A stretch of DNA of 64,000 nucleotides, from the NCBI GenBank assembly GCA_016906335.1, contig JADEYG010000003.1, forward strand, positions 1,612,001-1,676,000. The letters are read 5' to 3'. Positions 42,860 to 54,686 of the stretch are shown in pieces (the first letter of the stretch is position 1; each line of letters starts with the position of its first letter). Source of the stretch: Novakomyces olei (Eukaryota). The position numbers and the translations under genes were made by a program. Under the pieces are notes generated by a model. That model did no database searches. It had not been told where the DNA came from and worked only from the letters and a program-made list of their open reading frames with translations.

Positions 42860-44074
42860 ATGGCGCTGGCGCTGGCACTGGCACTGCTATCCGTCGTCGG
42901 TATTGTTCTTTACGGATTACAGACATTTTTTTCCTCCTCGAAAAAGTCTTTTTCAAATGCATTGAACGACAACAGTACAGAAAGCCCAGCGGCTTCTGCG
43001 TCGGTACCCGCACAAGAACCCGTCATTCAGCCTCTGGACAATTTCGATCTGAGTGCTACTAAGCCCTTGGCCTACCGTCCGTTTCGGTATGGCCCGCGGT
43101 ACCATCAGACAATGGGGATTCGTAGCCTGGACTTGTCAAAGGACTCCTGGATCGAGATCGACAGCGAGCTGCCGCAATTCTTGCAACAAAAACGGGACCG
43201 TTTAGCGGGTCCGCGGGGGCAATTGGGAGTGCAGGTACAGCCGCAAGCTCGCGAGGCTGCTCGTGAGCTTTTGGATACATTGGTGACGTACTTGCTGAAA
43301 CGTTACCCCACAGTTTATGCGACTACGGAATCCGGAGATATTGCTATTGATGGGGGGAAAATTGACACGGTACCCGTGCATTCTGGTGTTGAGCCAATGC
43401 AGGCAGTAGCCCGGCTGATCCAAGATGATGTGGCGATTATGATGGAGGATGAAGCGGACAAGCATTACTACCTTCGTGGAGGAGTAATTTTATTGGCAGG
43501 CTTTTGGCGACTAGAAGATAAAGTGGGGATGCGACTAGACGAGATCCACAAGTCTGGGAATGTCCCCCATTACCGTGAGAAGTTGGAGCTCAGCATGGAT
43601 CGGTACTTTGCCCGACTCAAGCCGGAACATCCTGTAGTGCGGAATAACTACTTTGTCCAATGTGACGGTAATTTGCCGTGGTCCAGCTCTATCGGCGCAG
43701 AGGAGCCAACTGCGGCTAATGCAGCGGGCGGACCCAGTTCGCACCCTGGCTGGCATATGGTGCGTCATAATCCAGATATTGCCGATATCTTTTTCCGGTC
43801 GGAGCGGCAATCGCTCCGACGACTACCAAAGTCACGTGCAATTATATTCACGGTGCGAACATACTTTATAAACGTTATGGAGCTGTGCCAAGAACCCCAT
43901 GTTCCAGGCCGACTGGCTTCAGCACTGCGATCCTGGACGCCTGAAGTGGCAGAGTACAAGGGCCTTGATCGGTACCGGGAGGTATTGCTCCCGTACCTGG
44001 ACAAGAGGCACGCTGAGCAAGTAGACGCGGGTATTTCCACGGTTGAGCCTGCCCCTTTTACATACCCGTTCTGA
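42860..44074 (+). CDS. DUF3445 / heme-dependent oxidative N-demethylase alpha-subunit-like protein, paralog B
   Basis: N-terminal TM anchor; YRPFRYGPRYHQTMG, QDDVAIM, IHKSGNVP, RNNYFVQ and RSERQSLRRLPKSRAIIFTVRTY motifs. Confidence 0.87.
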   Translation: MALALALALLSVVGIVLYGLQTFFSSSKKSFSNALNDNSTESPAASASVPAQEPVIQPLDNFDLSATKPLAYRPFRYGPRYHQTMGIRSLDLSKDSWIEIDSELPQFLQQKRDRLAGPRGQLGVQVQPQAREAARELLDTLVTYLLKRYPTVYATTESGDIAIDGGKIDTVPVHSGVEPMQAVARLIQDDVAIMMEDEADKHYYLRGGVILLAGFWRLEDKVGMRLDEIHKSGNVPHYREKLELSMDRYFARLKPEHPVVRNNYFVQCDGNLPWSSSIGAEEPTAANAAGGPSSHPGWHMVRHNPDIADIFFRSERQSLRRLPKSRAIIFTVRTYFINVMELCQEPHVPGRLASALRSWTPEVAEYKGLDRYREVLLPYLDKRHAEQVDAGISTVEPAPFTYPF

Positions 44075-44431
44075 TTGAGCTATATAGATCATAATAAATG
44101 CGCTAAAAGACGTGTCCAAAAGACAGCGAATGGAGATTAGAGCTCAGGTAGATGGTATTTCATACACCCGTTTGAAATGTTTTGCTAGTTTAAATTTACA
44201 TTTCTATCTGTTGTAAACAGCTCGAGAGTTGATACCGGGGTCAATCGATATCTGTCGACAACAATCAGCGATTTCAAAATTAGCCCTAACTAACCCTAAC
44301 ATTAGAAAGCCCTAAGGCTAAAGAGCCCTAATGCTGAAAAGCCATATTGCTTAAAATGGTACAGATACGTATAATTATGTCCGGCGCGTTCTTCTGTAAA
44401 ACCATCGCGTAGCGTACACAAAGAACTCGCA

Positions 44432-44964
44432 ATGGAATCGGGAGCAATAGAGATGCTTCATGTCGATCTTTTCAAAGGCAAAGTCGCCCTCGGCAAGACA
44501 GGAAAGAAAGGCAGCTCTGAAATAACGATCGTGACTCAAGTTGCCTTTTGTCTGCAGGCAGACGAAACTTGTACTCAAGACATGAAGACACGGTTTATGT
44601 ATGCATAGTGTGAGAGTTGCTTTAGCTAACGTTAGAAACGAAATGAGGGTCTGAAATTGAAGCGTTTCCTTTGTCTGATATCAAAACTTTACTTACCGTT
44701 TAAGCGTTTTGCAAACACGTTGATTGAAGGGCAAGTTGACTATTTATTGCAGGAGAATGAGCCGCATGTGGACGACTGGGAGCCAATAAGGCAGCTTCCT
44801 CTCGATCCCGAAAACTCGGGGTTTCTTTATATCTGTAAAGTACCCTCCTTTGCTACCTTTGAGCCTCAGAGGCTTTGCTAACAGTGTAGTTTACCGGGCG
44901 TGGAACCCGAGCAATAGTGGAATTAGCGCGGATATGTTTCGGTCTGACCCTGATAATGTCGTGA
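44432..44964 (+). pseudogene. Possible orphan spliced gene or gene relic; exon structure unresolved
   Basis: Intron-like segments GTATGC..GCTAACGTTAG (~44598-44635) and GTACCC..GCTAACAGTGTAG (~44840-44889) flank an open exon. The ATG 44432 frame does not splice in phase to that exon. Confidence 0.25.
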
Positions 44965-45727
44965 TTTGCAAAAAAAAGCTTCTGCTCTATATCGGCGAGT
45001 AATTATGCAACAAGTAGGCTTGAGTTTGCTATGAGAGTATGTGTATCCGCTCTTGGCTAGAATGGCTTCGCCAAACCTGTACTATCGACTATGCTTTTAA
45101 ATATGTGCTTATTAGTTGTTTTATGCTTTGTGAATATGTATGGACATGCTCTCAGAGCAATGTGGCTATGCCTATTGTTGATATTGATCCGCCCCAAGTT
45201 CTTCTTTCTGTCGCCTGTGCTGTCTTACTACCTGTTGTTCATTGCTTTGCGTGTACTGTTTTACTACCTGTTCTTTGTTGCTTTTAATTTGCGTGTACCG
45301 TATGTGTTTATGTACTATCATTTCTAGCGGTCTCTACTCGATTGAATCTAATCTAATGCACGAAAACTTGTCGATACTCTGACTTTCGCTTACGCTTACG
45401 CTTATGATCCTGTATATCTTTTACTGTAAAAGATATACATGTAGCTTGTCACCTAACGTGTTGTTCTGTTCTGCCTTGTTCCCATACAAGAATGACCAGA
45501 CAATTCTACAACGGTTTAAAGGGCTGATAGTTGTGTAGCCTAGAAATTACCTATCCTCATAATATATGGCAGCTACAAGTATAATACATGACTGGCTCAG
45601 ATAGTAAATAATTGTACAATAAAGTCCAATATACACAGCCTATTGCTCTGTTCCCAATCCTCTTATCCCGTAAAATTCAACACAAATGCAGAAAAAGACA
45701 AAAGTCAATAACAGAATAGTGATTTTC

Positions 45728-47188
45728 CTAGATCCCATTCGACTGGCATGTGAAGGGCCGGCCGTACAGACCGCTCTGGTAAGACAGTACAATACTGTCT
45801 ACGGAGACATAGGTTCCCGGTCCAAAAACCATAAGCCCAAAAAGCGCGAGGAATACATTAAACAGCGTTAGCGTTGTACGAATCGGGCCGGAGAATAGAC
45901 GTGTACGGTTTATATGGTAGTAGGCAGCAGCCCAAAAGATAAATCCAAACCAGGCGTCAAAAAGCGAGGACATAAGACTAAGCAGATCGCCGAAAAACGG
46001 AATAACTTCGGCGATAATGAAGGCGGCAATCCAGGTACACGCCAAAATCAGCATCCAAACGCTCCATCCGAGGACAGTGTGACTGTAACGATGTGGAGAA
46101 TTTTCAAAAATCCTGAAAAATACTAAACGCGAAGTGCAAGATGCGTAAAGTACACCGACAACGATAATCGTGGGAATCGTCAAGCTAAACGAAACAAACT
46201 TGAAAACCCTGTTTCCCAGCGCACCGTAAGCGGGCGTAATCATGGCCTCGTCCCCCACGTAATGATAAACAATTGCTCCCGCTAAAACATAGAGAATAAT
46301 CTCTGCAACGGTTACGCAGTAAAGTGCCTTTGGAAAATCTCGTGGGTTCCTCATTTCATGGATAAATGAGGGGTAGATGACTTGGCCAACAAAAGTGTAC
46401 AGGATATTTAAATAAGCGACAAAGCCATTGACAAAAGTTGTGCCTGGAGCAGGCCAGGCGCGTACGGTTATAGTGCCATTATAATTGGCCGGCACTGATT
46501 CCACACCGGCAAAAATCATGAGCAAGAGCACGGATATAAACATGAAAGCGGCGGCAATTATACCCATAGTAGACACTCCAGACAATGTTCTGGGGACACT
46601 GAAAATAAAGCAAATAATACAGGAAACAACGCTAAACGCAATGGTACACGTACCACCGTCGGAAAGCGTGTTGAAGATTTCAGAAAAAGTGAGCACATGA
46701 AACCCCTGGATCATTGTGTTGTTGATAACAAACGCGATAACAGTGAGCCAGTACGCGATCTCTGACCCGCCAAACAGGGCGCGGCCGATATCGCCAATGT
46801 CCCGTAGTTTTGGATGCAGCAGCGAATATTTCCAGAGCTCCAAGCTCGTGTAGAGAACGACAAGAGCAGTAAGCACTGTGAGAATAATGCCCAGAGCCAT
46901 TCCAAGGACAGAGTAGGCCCAAGGGAAGGAGGCAATTGCCAGTACAATGTACTCTGTATACAAAAGACCAGCAGTCTTAGGCCAAGAACATGTTCTGTAC
47001 TTGATCTGGTGCGTTGCATCCTCTTCCGCTACTTCTTTCTGAACCTCATCTTCAGCACGTTCCATTTCTTGCTCCAGTTCAGCATCGTCTTGCGACAAAA
47101 TTGCACTAAAACTTTTTCTGCGCGATCGTAGACGCTGCGGTTCAGTGAACCCAGCGTGTTTTTCTTGGTCGTCCAGTAAAGAAGACAT
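45728..47188 (-). CDS. Amino acid transporter, AAAP/Aa_trans family (Neurospora Mtr-like neutral amino acid permease)
   Basis: 486 aa, ~11 hydrophobic segments; IKYRTCSWPKTAGLLYTEYIVLAIASFPWAYSVLG and EMRNPRDFPKAL motifs. Confidence 0.9.
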   Translation of the reverse strand: MSSLLDDQEKHAGFTEPQRLRSRRKSFSAILSQDDAELEQEMERAEDEVQKEVAEEDATHQIKYRTCSWPKTAGLLYTEYIVLAIASFPWAYSVLGMALGIILTVLTALVVLYTSLELWKYSLLHPKLRDIGDIGRALFGGSEIAYWLTVIAFVINNTMIQGFHVLTFSEIFNTLSDGGTCTIAFSVVSCIICFIFSVPRTLSGVSTMGIIAAAFMFISVLLLMIFAGVESVPANYNGTITVRAWPAPGTTFVNGFVAYLNILYTFVGQVIYPSFIHEMRNPRDFPKALYCVTVAEIILYVLAGAIVYHYVGDEAMITPAYGALGNRVFKFVSFSLTIPTIIVVGVLYASCTSRLVFFRIFENSPHRYSHTVLGWSVWMLILACTWIAAFIIAEVIPFFGDLLSLMSSLFDAWFGFIFWAAAYYHINRTRLFSGPIRTTLTLFNVFLALFGLMVFGPGTYVSVDSIVLSYQSGLYGRPFTCQSNGI

Positions 47189-48387
47189 TTCGGTGTGGAT
47201 TGTGCCAATTGACCCTCAAGTCTTCCGACTCTTTGACTTGCACTGACTCCAGCGCGTATGTAATCCAAAATATGTGGGACAAACGATCAAGTGTTTGCGC
47301 AAGCAGGAAAAGCAGAGTGAAGACCACAAACACAAAAGATTAAAGTCGCCAGTGCAAACGTACAAAGACAGACGGCACTATGCTGACAAAATCACGACAG
47401 TTTAAAGGCAACAGTACAATAATTGCGCAAGCTTGAACAAGCTTCACAGAGTATATATAATATACTGTTCGCGCCCTGTCCCGATAGGAGTATTAGATAG
47501 GACGAGGAACTGTGATCGGCACTTTAAAGGAAATTAAATGAAATATACAAGAAACACTAGCACCTGTCTAGTTTCTGTACACACGGTAAAGGGGCCCGAA
47601 AAACCCAAAGCCAAAAAGTCTTGTGAACCTATAACTAACGAAATCCAAGTTTAAAAGTTGTACAAATAATTGTGAGCACGGAAGGGCGAAATTCTCCTTG
47701 TTCTCGCGGCAATACTTTATACTCCTATCTGCTTGTTATCTCATACATCATAAACAGCTGGAGTGTGCACATTATAAAATTTGTCCCCACACTCGTAAAA
47801 TAAGTAATCGTTGTGTCAGCCTAAATTGCAGTGTAATCTCAAGCAATATCGTGGGACAAATAAGATTATGGCGCTCGTTATTGGCGACAAATACATACTT
47901 TTGTTGCCGATGCATTGAATTTACTATTTCGTTTTAATATATGCGCTTCCGCTAGTGGCTATAGTGCCGCGTAAACCGATGTACGCTTTCGGCTATATAT
48001 GCACAACGGCAGTATTACGCATCAAGTATTACGTATTCCGAGTATCTATGTGAATTTAAATGCATCTTTCGAGCCAAGGCGGACCTACAAAAACAAGCAA
48101 GCAAAACATACTCAGCAATAATATTAGACCATCAGGGGACCCGTAGCAAGTAATGGCTAGTCCTGGATGACTAGTCTAAAGTATATCGTGGTAGTCGAAT
48201 TAGTAGTACCATGGCAATTTAGCACGCCATTGCGGTGTATTATTAAGTGATCGATAATTTTGCCGCAAAGCATATGTCATATGCGCGCCCTGACTATAAT
48301 GGGCTTGCGCGCCAAAAACGAACGGAAAGCGCCCCACATATTACGTAGCAAGAATATTACGTCATATAAGCGCTATAAGTGCACATA

Positions 48388-48463
48388 GAGTATCAGGGTT
48401 TGAGTATCAGGGCTTGAGTATCAGGGTTTGAGTATCAGGGTTTGAGTATCAGGGTTTGAGTAT
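48388..48463. repeat. 14-bp tandem repeat (GAGTATCAGGGTTT)x5
   Basis: Seen directly; one copy has GGGCTT. Confidence 0.95.
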
Positions 48464-48663
48464 GGATGCTCCCAAAGGCTTAGTATGCTCTCAAGGATTA
48501 GTTTGGTTTGTACGGTAGGGTCGAGCTGCACTACATTAATCTTCCACACCGGTACCTAGTTTCGTTACATATCCACTCCGAAAGAGTTAGAACAGCTGAG
48601 CCATAGCACTACGACAATATAAATTCGATCTCTTATTAATTGGTATTGTAACCAGTAGTTATA

Positions 48664-49560
48664 TTACGGAGCATTCTGAGAAAGCGACTGTGACTCAATT
48701 GAACCGCTGAACCCTTCATTTAGTGCGTCAATTTCATTCATGTCGCTCTGTGTCAGAGTCAGGCGAAGACTATCGGCATTTTCCTGTTGCCGCTCAACAT
48801 TTGCCGACTTTGGTAGCGGAACAAACCCGTTGCGTAGGCTCCAAGCCAATAGCACTTGCGAAACTGAAGTTTTGTGAGCTGTAGCAACCTTTTGCAACAC
48901 GAGATTACTCTGATTTCGCACACGCATCAGGGGACAATAGGCTTGTACGACGATATCAAGTTCATTACACTTTTGAACCACATCATTCGAGACAAAAAGT
49001 GGATGCAATTCAATCTGATTCGTGACGGGCAGGATGGTGCCGTATTCTTGACATTCCTCCAAGTGCGCTACACCATAATTGCTCACACCAATACTTTTAA
49101 TGAGACCCTCCTTTACTAGAGCTTCCAGTTCTTTCCACGTACGTTCCCGAACAGCTCTGCCACCATCGGGATTGTGCACGAGCACAAGGTCCCAATAACG
49201 CAACCCAGATTTTTCCAGGCTTTCCAACACACATGAACGCGTATTGGCTCCACCATGAGAGGGCAAACGCAGCTTTGTCGTTAGGAAGAGCTCATCTCGA
49301 TTTATTTTGTCGCTTGATTCGCGTACAGCTTGACCTAATTCAGCCTCGTTCCCATAGTATTTCGCCGTATCAAAATGCTTGTACCCTATGCGCAATGCGC
49401 TTTTGCATGCTTCAACGCACTCTACGCCGGACATGGCCCATAGACCGAGTCCAAGGCGTGGCATGCTTAACCCATTATTGAGTTTAATTGCCGAGTCAAG
49501 CGCCAGGTGGGCTGTTAGGTCAGGCCGAAACTTGCTCGCTGTTACGGTTCCGGGACGCAT
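48664..49560 (-). CDS. Aldo-keto reductase
   Basis: MPRLGLG, DTAKYY (catalytic D and Y), TTK, LVH, SIGVSNY, NQIELHP and PLPKS motifs. Start taken at the first ATG (49560); the true start is uncertain. Confidence 0.92.
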   Translation of the reverse strand: MRPGTVTASKFRPDLTAHLALDSAIKLNNGLSMPRLGLGLWAMSGVECVEACKSALRIGYKHFDTAKYYGNEAELGQAVRESSDKINRDELFLTTKLRLPSHGGANTRSCVLESLEKSGLRYWDLVLVHNPDGGRAVRERTWKELEALVKEGLIKSIGVSNYGVAHLEECQEYGTILPVTNQIELHPLFVSNDVVQKCNELDIVVQAYCPLMRVRNQSNLVLQKVATAHKTSVSQVLLAWSLRNGFVPLPKSANVERQQENADSLRLTLTQSDMNEIDALNEGFSGSIESQSLSQNAP

Positions 49561-50427
49561 TTCCAGATGCTTGGGGTAGAAGATCGAAGAAGCTGTGTTC
49601 AATACTTGGCCGATTGTATAAAGCTATGCTCTTCGCGAGTTGGTATTGTACGTATGTTTGTATTTTTAGTATTTGATTTTATTGTTTGACTCCAATGCTC
49701 TTCAATCGTGACGGGATCCCTGATTAAAGTAAAGCGTTTGATAAACCTTCGAACGCGTTGAGTCGTGCCTTTACGATTTCACAGCGTCAAACACTGTGAA
49801 CTGCAAATTTGATTGACGTCGACGTGACGCTCGGACAGAAGAACCCCACCTCAATTTATCTATATATTTGCGTTATCTACCAAATTACGTCGTGTACGGC
49901 AGTGAAGTATATCCGTGAAAAAAGTGGGAGACGACAGCATTACTTGGAAACTTAGGCATCTTGTTAAAAAAGTAATTCTACGCTTCTTTTGTATGGACTA
50001 AATCTTTTATTTTCTACTTACCTAAGCTGCAACGAAGTTTCTCCAGCAATTTCTCCAGCCTTCACAGCCCACCGCCACGTCCCACGAAAAGCGTGGGCGT
50101 CAATTATGTAAGAGTGGTTGTGTGCGCCGTGCTCAATGGTCTAAATGCATTCACAGATCCACAGAATATAGCAATCTTGAGCACTGCTATGTTTTTCCTG
50201 GACGATTTTTAATGTTTATTGTATAAATACGGCTTTGATACTTTGCCCTTTGATAACCCCAAAATAATTAATATTTTCTGCGTTTTGCGTGATCGCTCGT
50301 TTCAATAATTGGCAGTAGGAGCAAGAGCGTCATTCCCAAACGAGAGAAGGACAAAAGAAAAGAAATAAAAGAGACCAATATAAATAAATCACAATCTTCG
50401 CAATGCGTTCCACGAGTCGCGAACGAC

Positions 50428-52484
50428 ATGGCAGACGAATATACTGGGGGAGAATCACCCCTGATGTCGCTAGTGGGGACAGATGAAATGAAAAAAAGGC
50501 AACGTCATTTCTTTTGGATCCAGTTGGCTCTCTACACGAACGTTTTTCTCTGTGGCGTCGATTCAACAATCACGGCAACTATATATGCTGTAGTAGGAAG
50601 CGAGTTCGGCGCCGTTAATACGGTGTCCTGGATTACTACTTCATATTTGCTGACGAGCACGGCTTGGCAGCCATTGTATGGAAGATTTTCAGATGTTTTT
50701 GGACGTCGAGCATGCTTTTTTGTCGCCTCTTTTACTTTTGGTGTAGGCTGTTTTGGCTGCGGCTTTGCTAATACTATCCTCACTCTAAATGTCATGCGAG
50801 GTATGGGCTATCAGTCGAGAATACAATGGCGAATATAGTTCTTTTGTTGGTTTTTGTTTTCGATATAATTTAAAACAGACCTGTTTAAAATTTCGTATTT
50901 TATGGCTCGATCATGTTTTTTTTTTAACGCTTTACGGTTTAAAGTTTTAAAGTGATTCTAATTTCCAGCCCTGTCAGGCATCGGAGGAGGCGGCCTTATG
51001 ACGATGGCGACAATTATAAATTCTGATATTATTCCTTTCAAACATCGCAGCATGTACCAAGCGGTACAAAACCTTATTCTTGGGTTTGGGAGTGTTTTTG
51101 GTGCTTCAATTGGTGGTTTTATCACTGAACTAATTGGCTGGCGGTGGTGCTTTTATCTGCAAACGCCAATTGCTTTTCTTAGTATTATAATTGGCTTGTT
51201 AGTTGTTCCCAATCAGCAGAACCATTCATATCAAGACGGGCTTATCTCTCGCATTAGTCGAATCGATACTCTGGGCTCCCTCCTTCTCGTTATTGGCCTG
51301 ACAACGCAAATATGTGGAGTCAGCTTGGGAGGCAATATTCTACCTTGGACAGACAAATGGGTTATTACCAGTATAATCCTAGGAACTCTTATTATCATTG
51401 GTTTTTTCTACCATGAGTCGGTCACAAAAACGGCTCCTATTCTTCCGCCTTGGCTTCTGCATGGAAGACTCGCACTTGGTACCACTCTGGCCAATATTTG
51501 TGTGGGATTTTCTGCCTACGCTCTTCTTTTTACTCTTCCGTTGTACTTCCAAGTTGTTTTATCGGAAACGGCTACAAAGGCAGGCGAGCGATTAATGATC
51601 CCTTCATTTGGAACGCCCGCTGGTGGATTAGCCGCAGGTTACATAATGACAAGATATGGGCACTTGAGTGAAATTGTGAAGACCGGCAGTTTTTTGATGG
51701 CTCTAGGGAATTTCTTGGTATCCACATTTTCGGAAAAGACCAAAGAGTGGACGTTTTACGTGTACCTGCTCCCTGCAAATTTGGGCCAGGGCATGGCGTA
51801 CCCTGGAATACTTTTCACTTTTCTTTCCGCGTTTGATCACAAAGGTAAGTAGTACCTTGATTTGTTGAAGAAAAAAATTAAGTCAAAACTTTAAAAATCA
51901 ATAGAAAATAATAATGAAGGTGTGAAAACCAAAAATTTTAAAAATGTATTGTGGAATAATATTACGACAAAGACCGTATTCTTTCAATTGTATACTAATT
52001 CCAGAACATGCTGTTTCAACCTCTATGGTTTATCTTTGCCGTAGTATGGGAACCATTTGGGGCGTCGCGGGGTCTTCTGCAATAGTGCAAAATGTATTGC
52101 GAATCGGGCTTGGAGATGGTCTTCGAGATGTACCTAACTCTGAAAAGGTATGTCCATTTGTGCTTTTTTCTCCTTTCTTTAAACCTTTTTGCTTTTTTTG
52201 TAAATCTAATTTTTTTTCACTTTGTTTTTTACTCTAATTTCATGTACAACTGACTCGTGCTATGTCCCTCCTTTTCTTTTACTAGTGCCAATTCCTTTAG
52301 TCGGCTAACTCTCAAAAAGATTATCGACACAGCCATACACTCGGCAATGGATGTTCGCTATTTGGAGCATCCAGTGAAAGAGATTGTGATCCAGGTTTAT
52401 CTTCGTGCTATTAGACGGGCTTTCAGTATTTCATCTGTCGCAAGTGCAGCAGCTGTCTTCTTTTCATTCATTGCCTCTGCGTAA
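50428..52484 (+). CDS. MFS transporter, 14-TM DHA2/Vba-Fnx-like (4 exons)
   Basis: DSTITAT, WITTSYLL, PLYGRFSDVFGRR, GIGGGG and GWRWCF motifs. Introns 50801-50968, 51845-52004 and 52148-52319 restore the frame. Confidence 0.9.
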
Positions 52485-52891
52485 AGCAAGACGGCCTACT
52501 GGCGAAAAAATATATTGAATCTTGAAATTGATTTCGAGAAAAAATTGATAATTAGGACAAGACCCAACATGAACCTTTTGTAAATGTTCAAGCACGCTAC
52601 GCGTGTACCTGCCCACAAATTTGGTTTGATAATATTAAATTTGTAATTATTAAATTTGTAATTGTGGACCGGATATTCAGGTCTAGCGAGGGTTATGCTG
52701 GTTGACGGCCTTTCTATAAGAGTTGACTAGAAATAGGCTGCTCTTGTATTTATGTCGCGGTACTCAGTGAAAAGTCAATTTCCAGTATACCCTTGTGCAG
52801 CCGCAGAACGACTAGTAGGCATTACATTTTTCATATATTTTAATTTTGCGCGTTTCATTACCTCGCGGCAGCATCAGCTTACTAAGATTAG

Positions 52892-52944
52892 CTTATCAAA
52901 CAGTGCAAGTAACACTACAAATCTAATTGGCGATAAGCGATAAG
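52892..52944. promoter_or_regulatory. Three GATAAG (GATA-factor) sites upstream of the P450
   Basis: CTTATC at 52892 and GATAAG at 52932 and 52939; TATAAA at ~53008. Confidence 0.5.
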
Positions 52945-53048
52945 CTTTTTGCCGTAATAAGACGCGCGGGCCAAACCGAACGCGCCCAACGGGGAACGAG
53001 CCATTGGTATAAACAGCGTAGGACGCAAAGGTACCGATTGACCGTGAA

Positions 53049-54686
53049 ATGAGTCAGTCAATTGTATTACAGCTCGCACAATGGGCCAGTCAGCCAAGTG
53101 TTTGGCTCAGCGCCGTACTTGTCTACATTCTTTACGATGTTTTTATATATAATCTCGTGGTTTCCCCACTGGCTAAGCTTCCGGGACCACGACTCGCAGC
53201 CATTACGCGTTACTACATTATGTACTATGAGTATTCAGGCTGCCGCACTGAACATATACATGAGCTGCATCTGAAGTATGGGCCGGTTGTACGTTTTGCT
53301 CCTAACGAAGTATCCTTCAACGATCTCGATGGGCTGAAGAAGATTTATGGAGCCGGGACGCCTTTTACAAAGTCCTCGTTCTACGGTAAGTCTGTATTAA
53401 TTACGAGTTTGGTCTTTTGGTTTTTGTTAGATGTCGATAGTTGTAGAAGTCTGGCTCTTTCCGGTATTTTTGATTCGTTCAAGTTGATCAGGTCTCGCGT
53501 GTTCGGTTTTTTATTAGTTAGTCTATTTCCGTCTATGATTTTAACTTTAGATCTGTTTATCAATTATGGCAAGAGAAACATGTTCTCTATGCCACTCTCG
53601 AAGCCTCATGCGGAACGCAAAAGACTTGTTAGCAATGTTTACTCAAAATCCAATGTTACGCAGCCTGATAACGTGGGCCATGTATCCCACTGTGCCGACT
53701 TGCTTGTAGCAGCGGCAGAAAAGTCACAGAGGCTCGATATTTACTACTGGTTTCATTATTTTACCATGGACACAGTTTCCCGGTTTATATACGGAGACGC
53801 TTGTGCCACACACAACCTTACAAGTCCCGATAACCGGCAGTTGGTGGCGGACATGCTTTCCTCCACAAAATTAGTGGCTTACTACACGTTTCTACGCTTC
53901 CGAAGTCTTTATAATCTGGCCAACTTGCTTTTCCCCACATTTGCTCCATTGAAAGCGCGTACGGAGCGGACGAAAAGGGCATCTGATTACTGCTTTACAT
54001 CTTATTGTAAAATGGTGAATTCACCTATTAAAAGCGGACCGATCCCGAAGTTAATGCACTTGGATCCTTACGAAGGTGCTTCTGAGGCAATGGATCATTT
54101 TGCCGCAGGGGCAGAAACTTCAGGTGATTCTTTGACGTTTATTGCCTGGCAACTTTCTCATCCTGATTCATTTCGAGTACAGGAAAAACTACGTGAAGAA
54201 TTACGCTCCCTACCCAAAGATGCTCCATTCAGTGCTATTGATTCGTTACCATACTTGGAAGCCGTTTTGAAAGAAGGCTTGCGGCTTTTTGCAGCCATTC
54301 CGTTTTCCGAGCCCCGAATTTCTCCTCCTCAGGGACTTCGAGTTTCAGGGTACAACGTTCCGAGCGGTGTAGAATGCACCATGCAGCCTTACAGTCTTCA
54401 CCGAAACCCGGAAGTTTATCGTGATCCTGACGAATTTCGCCCGGAACGATGGATCGACTGCGATGCCTCTCTGCACAAGTATTTCTGGGCTTTCAGCTCT
54501 GGCCCGCGTGTATGTATCGGCTTACATTTTGCTCAATTATCAATGAAAATATTGCTGAGCAAGGTCTACCGAGAGTTTCATACTGAGCGTGGATCAACAC
54601 CGTTGGAGCGGATGCGTATGCAGGACGATATTACGAATATTGTGCCAACAGGCCATGAATGCGAAATCGTATTTCATAAAGTTTGA
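53049..54686 (+). CDS. Cytochrome P450 (class II, benzoate 4-hydroxylase/CYP53-clan-like), one intron 53386-53550
   Basis: N-terminal TM plus PGP, YGPVVRFAPNEV, AGAETS (I-helix), EGLR (ExxR), PERW and heme motif FSSGPRVCIG. GTAAGT..TTAACTTTAG intron; spliced product ~490 aa. Confidence 0.95.
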   Translation: MSQSIVLQLAQWASQPSVWLSAVLVYILYDVFIYNLVVSPLAKLPGPRLAAITRYYIMYYEYSGCRTEHIHELHLKYGPVVRFAPNEVSFNDLDGLKKIYGAGTPFTKSSFYGKSVLITSLVFWFLLDVDSCRSLALSGIFDSFKLIRSRVFGFLLVSLFPSMILTLDLFINYGKRNMFSMPLSKPHAERKRLVSNVYSKSNVTQPDNVGHVSHCADLLVAAAEKSQRLDIYYWFHYFTMDTVSRFIYGDACATHNLTSPDNRQLVADMLSSTKLVAYYTFLRFRSLYNLANLLFPTFAPLKARTERTKRASDYCFTSYCKMVNSPIKSGPIPKLMHLDPYEGASEAMDHFAAGAETSGDSLTFIAWQLSHPDSFRVQEKLREELRSLPKDAPFSAIDSLPYLEAVLKEGLRLFAAIPFSEPRISPPQGLRVSGYNVPSGVECTMQPYSLHRNPEVYRDPDEFRPERWIDCDASLHKYFWAFSSGPRVCIGLHFAQLSMKILLSKVYREFHTERGSTPLERMRMQDDITNIVPTGHECEIVFHKV

